From the NCBI GenBank assembly GCA_002633005.1, contig NMRA01000134.1, positions 97,128-161,127 of the forward strand: DNA of 64,000 nucleotides. The letters run 5' to 3'. How positions within the stretch are numbered: position 1 is the stretch's first letter; each line of letters begins with the position of its first letter. The DNA is from Phoronis australis. Its lineage: Eukaryota > Animalia > Phoronida. A program made the position numbers and the translations under genes. Below are positions 63,695 through 64,000 of this stretch, in pieces. A model generated the notes under the pieces. That model was not told the origin of the DNA and did no database searches. It saw nothing but the letters and a program-made list of their open reading frames with translations.

Positions 63695-64000
63695 AACTGG
63701 GTGTGTATATATCATATGGGTGTGTATATGCCAAGTGGTTGTGTACATACCATCTGGGTGTATATATGTATGGTACCATCTGTCTGTGTACATACCATCT
63801 GGGTGTATATATGTATGGTATCATCTGTCTGTGTACATACCATCTGGGTGTATATATGTATGGTATCATCTGTCTGTGTATATACCATCTGGGTGTATAT
63901 ATGTATGGTATCATCTGTCTGTGTATATACCATCTGGGTGTATATATGTATGGTATCATCTGTCTGTGTATATACCATCTGGGTGTATATATGTATGGTA
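63695..64000. repeat. 45-bp minisatellite running off the window end
   Basis: Unit CATCTGGGTGTATATATGTATGGTATCATCTGTCTGTGTATATAC, at least 5.5 copies. Confidence 0.95.

Noticed and set aside
63693-63978. Repetitive ORFs MIPYIYTPRWYIHRQ and MVYTQTDDTIHIYTQ
   Set aside because: Translations of the 45-bp minisatellite on the antisense strand of a LIN9 intron; no splice or start context

Overview
Intron-rich, AT-rich animal genomic DNA, most likely from a marine invertebrate (the taxon is my inference). The assembly is draft quality, with one 493-N gap and four single-N positions. Reading GT-AG junctions and frames by eye gives five protein-coding genes: (1) the 3' part of an ankyrin+BTB gene, ABTB2/BTBD11-like (+); (2) a complete IMMP1L (-); (3) a complete calumenin/reticulocalbin (CREC) gene ending in HEEL (+), head-to-head with IMMP1L; (4) an apparently uncharacterised gene encoding signal peptide + WAP + SEA-like module + GPI-type tail (-); (5) LIN9 (+), whose last exon lies beyond the window. 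Introns and intergenic DNA carry many non-autonomous DNA transposons: Tc2/pogo-like, Kolobok-like with THAP remnants, Harbinger, hAT-like with 5-bp TSDs, Helentron/DINE-1-like and foldback, plus tRNA-like sequences. The most unusual observations are seven sequence-unrelated minisatellites that all have 42-46 bp periods, four of them anchored on splice sites; ABTB2-IMMP1L-CREC linkage that mirrors human 11p13 but without ELP4/PAX6; and allele pairs with and without an insertion placed side by side at contig joins. All coordinates were read manually and no database search was run.
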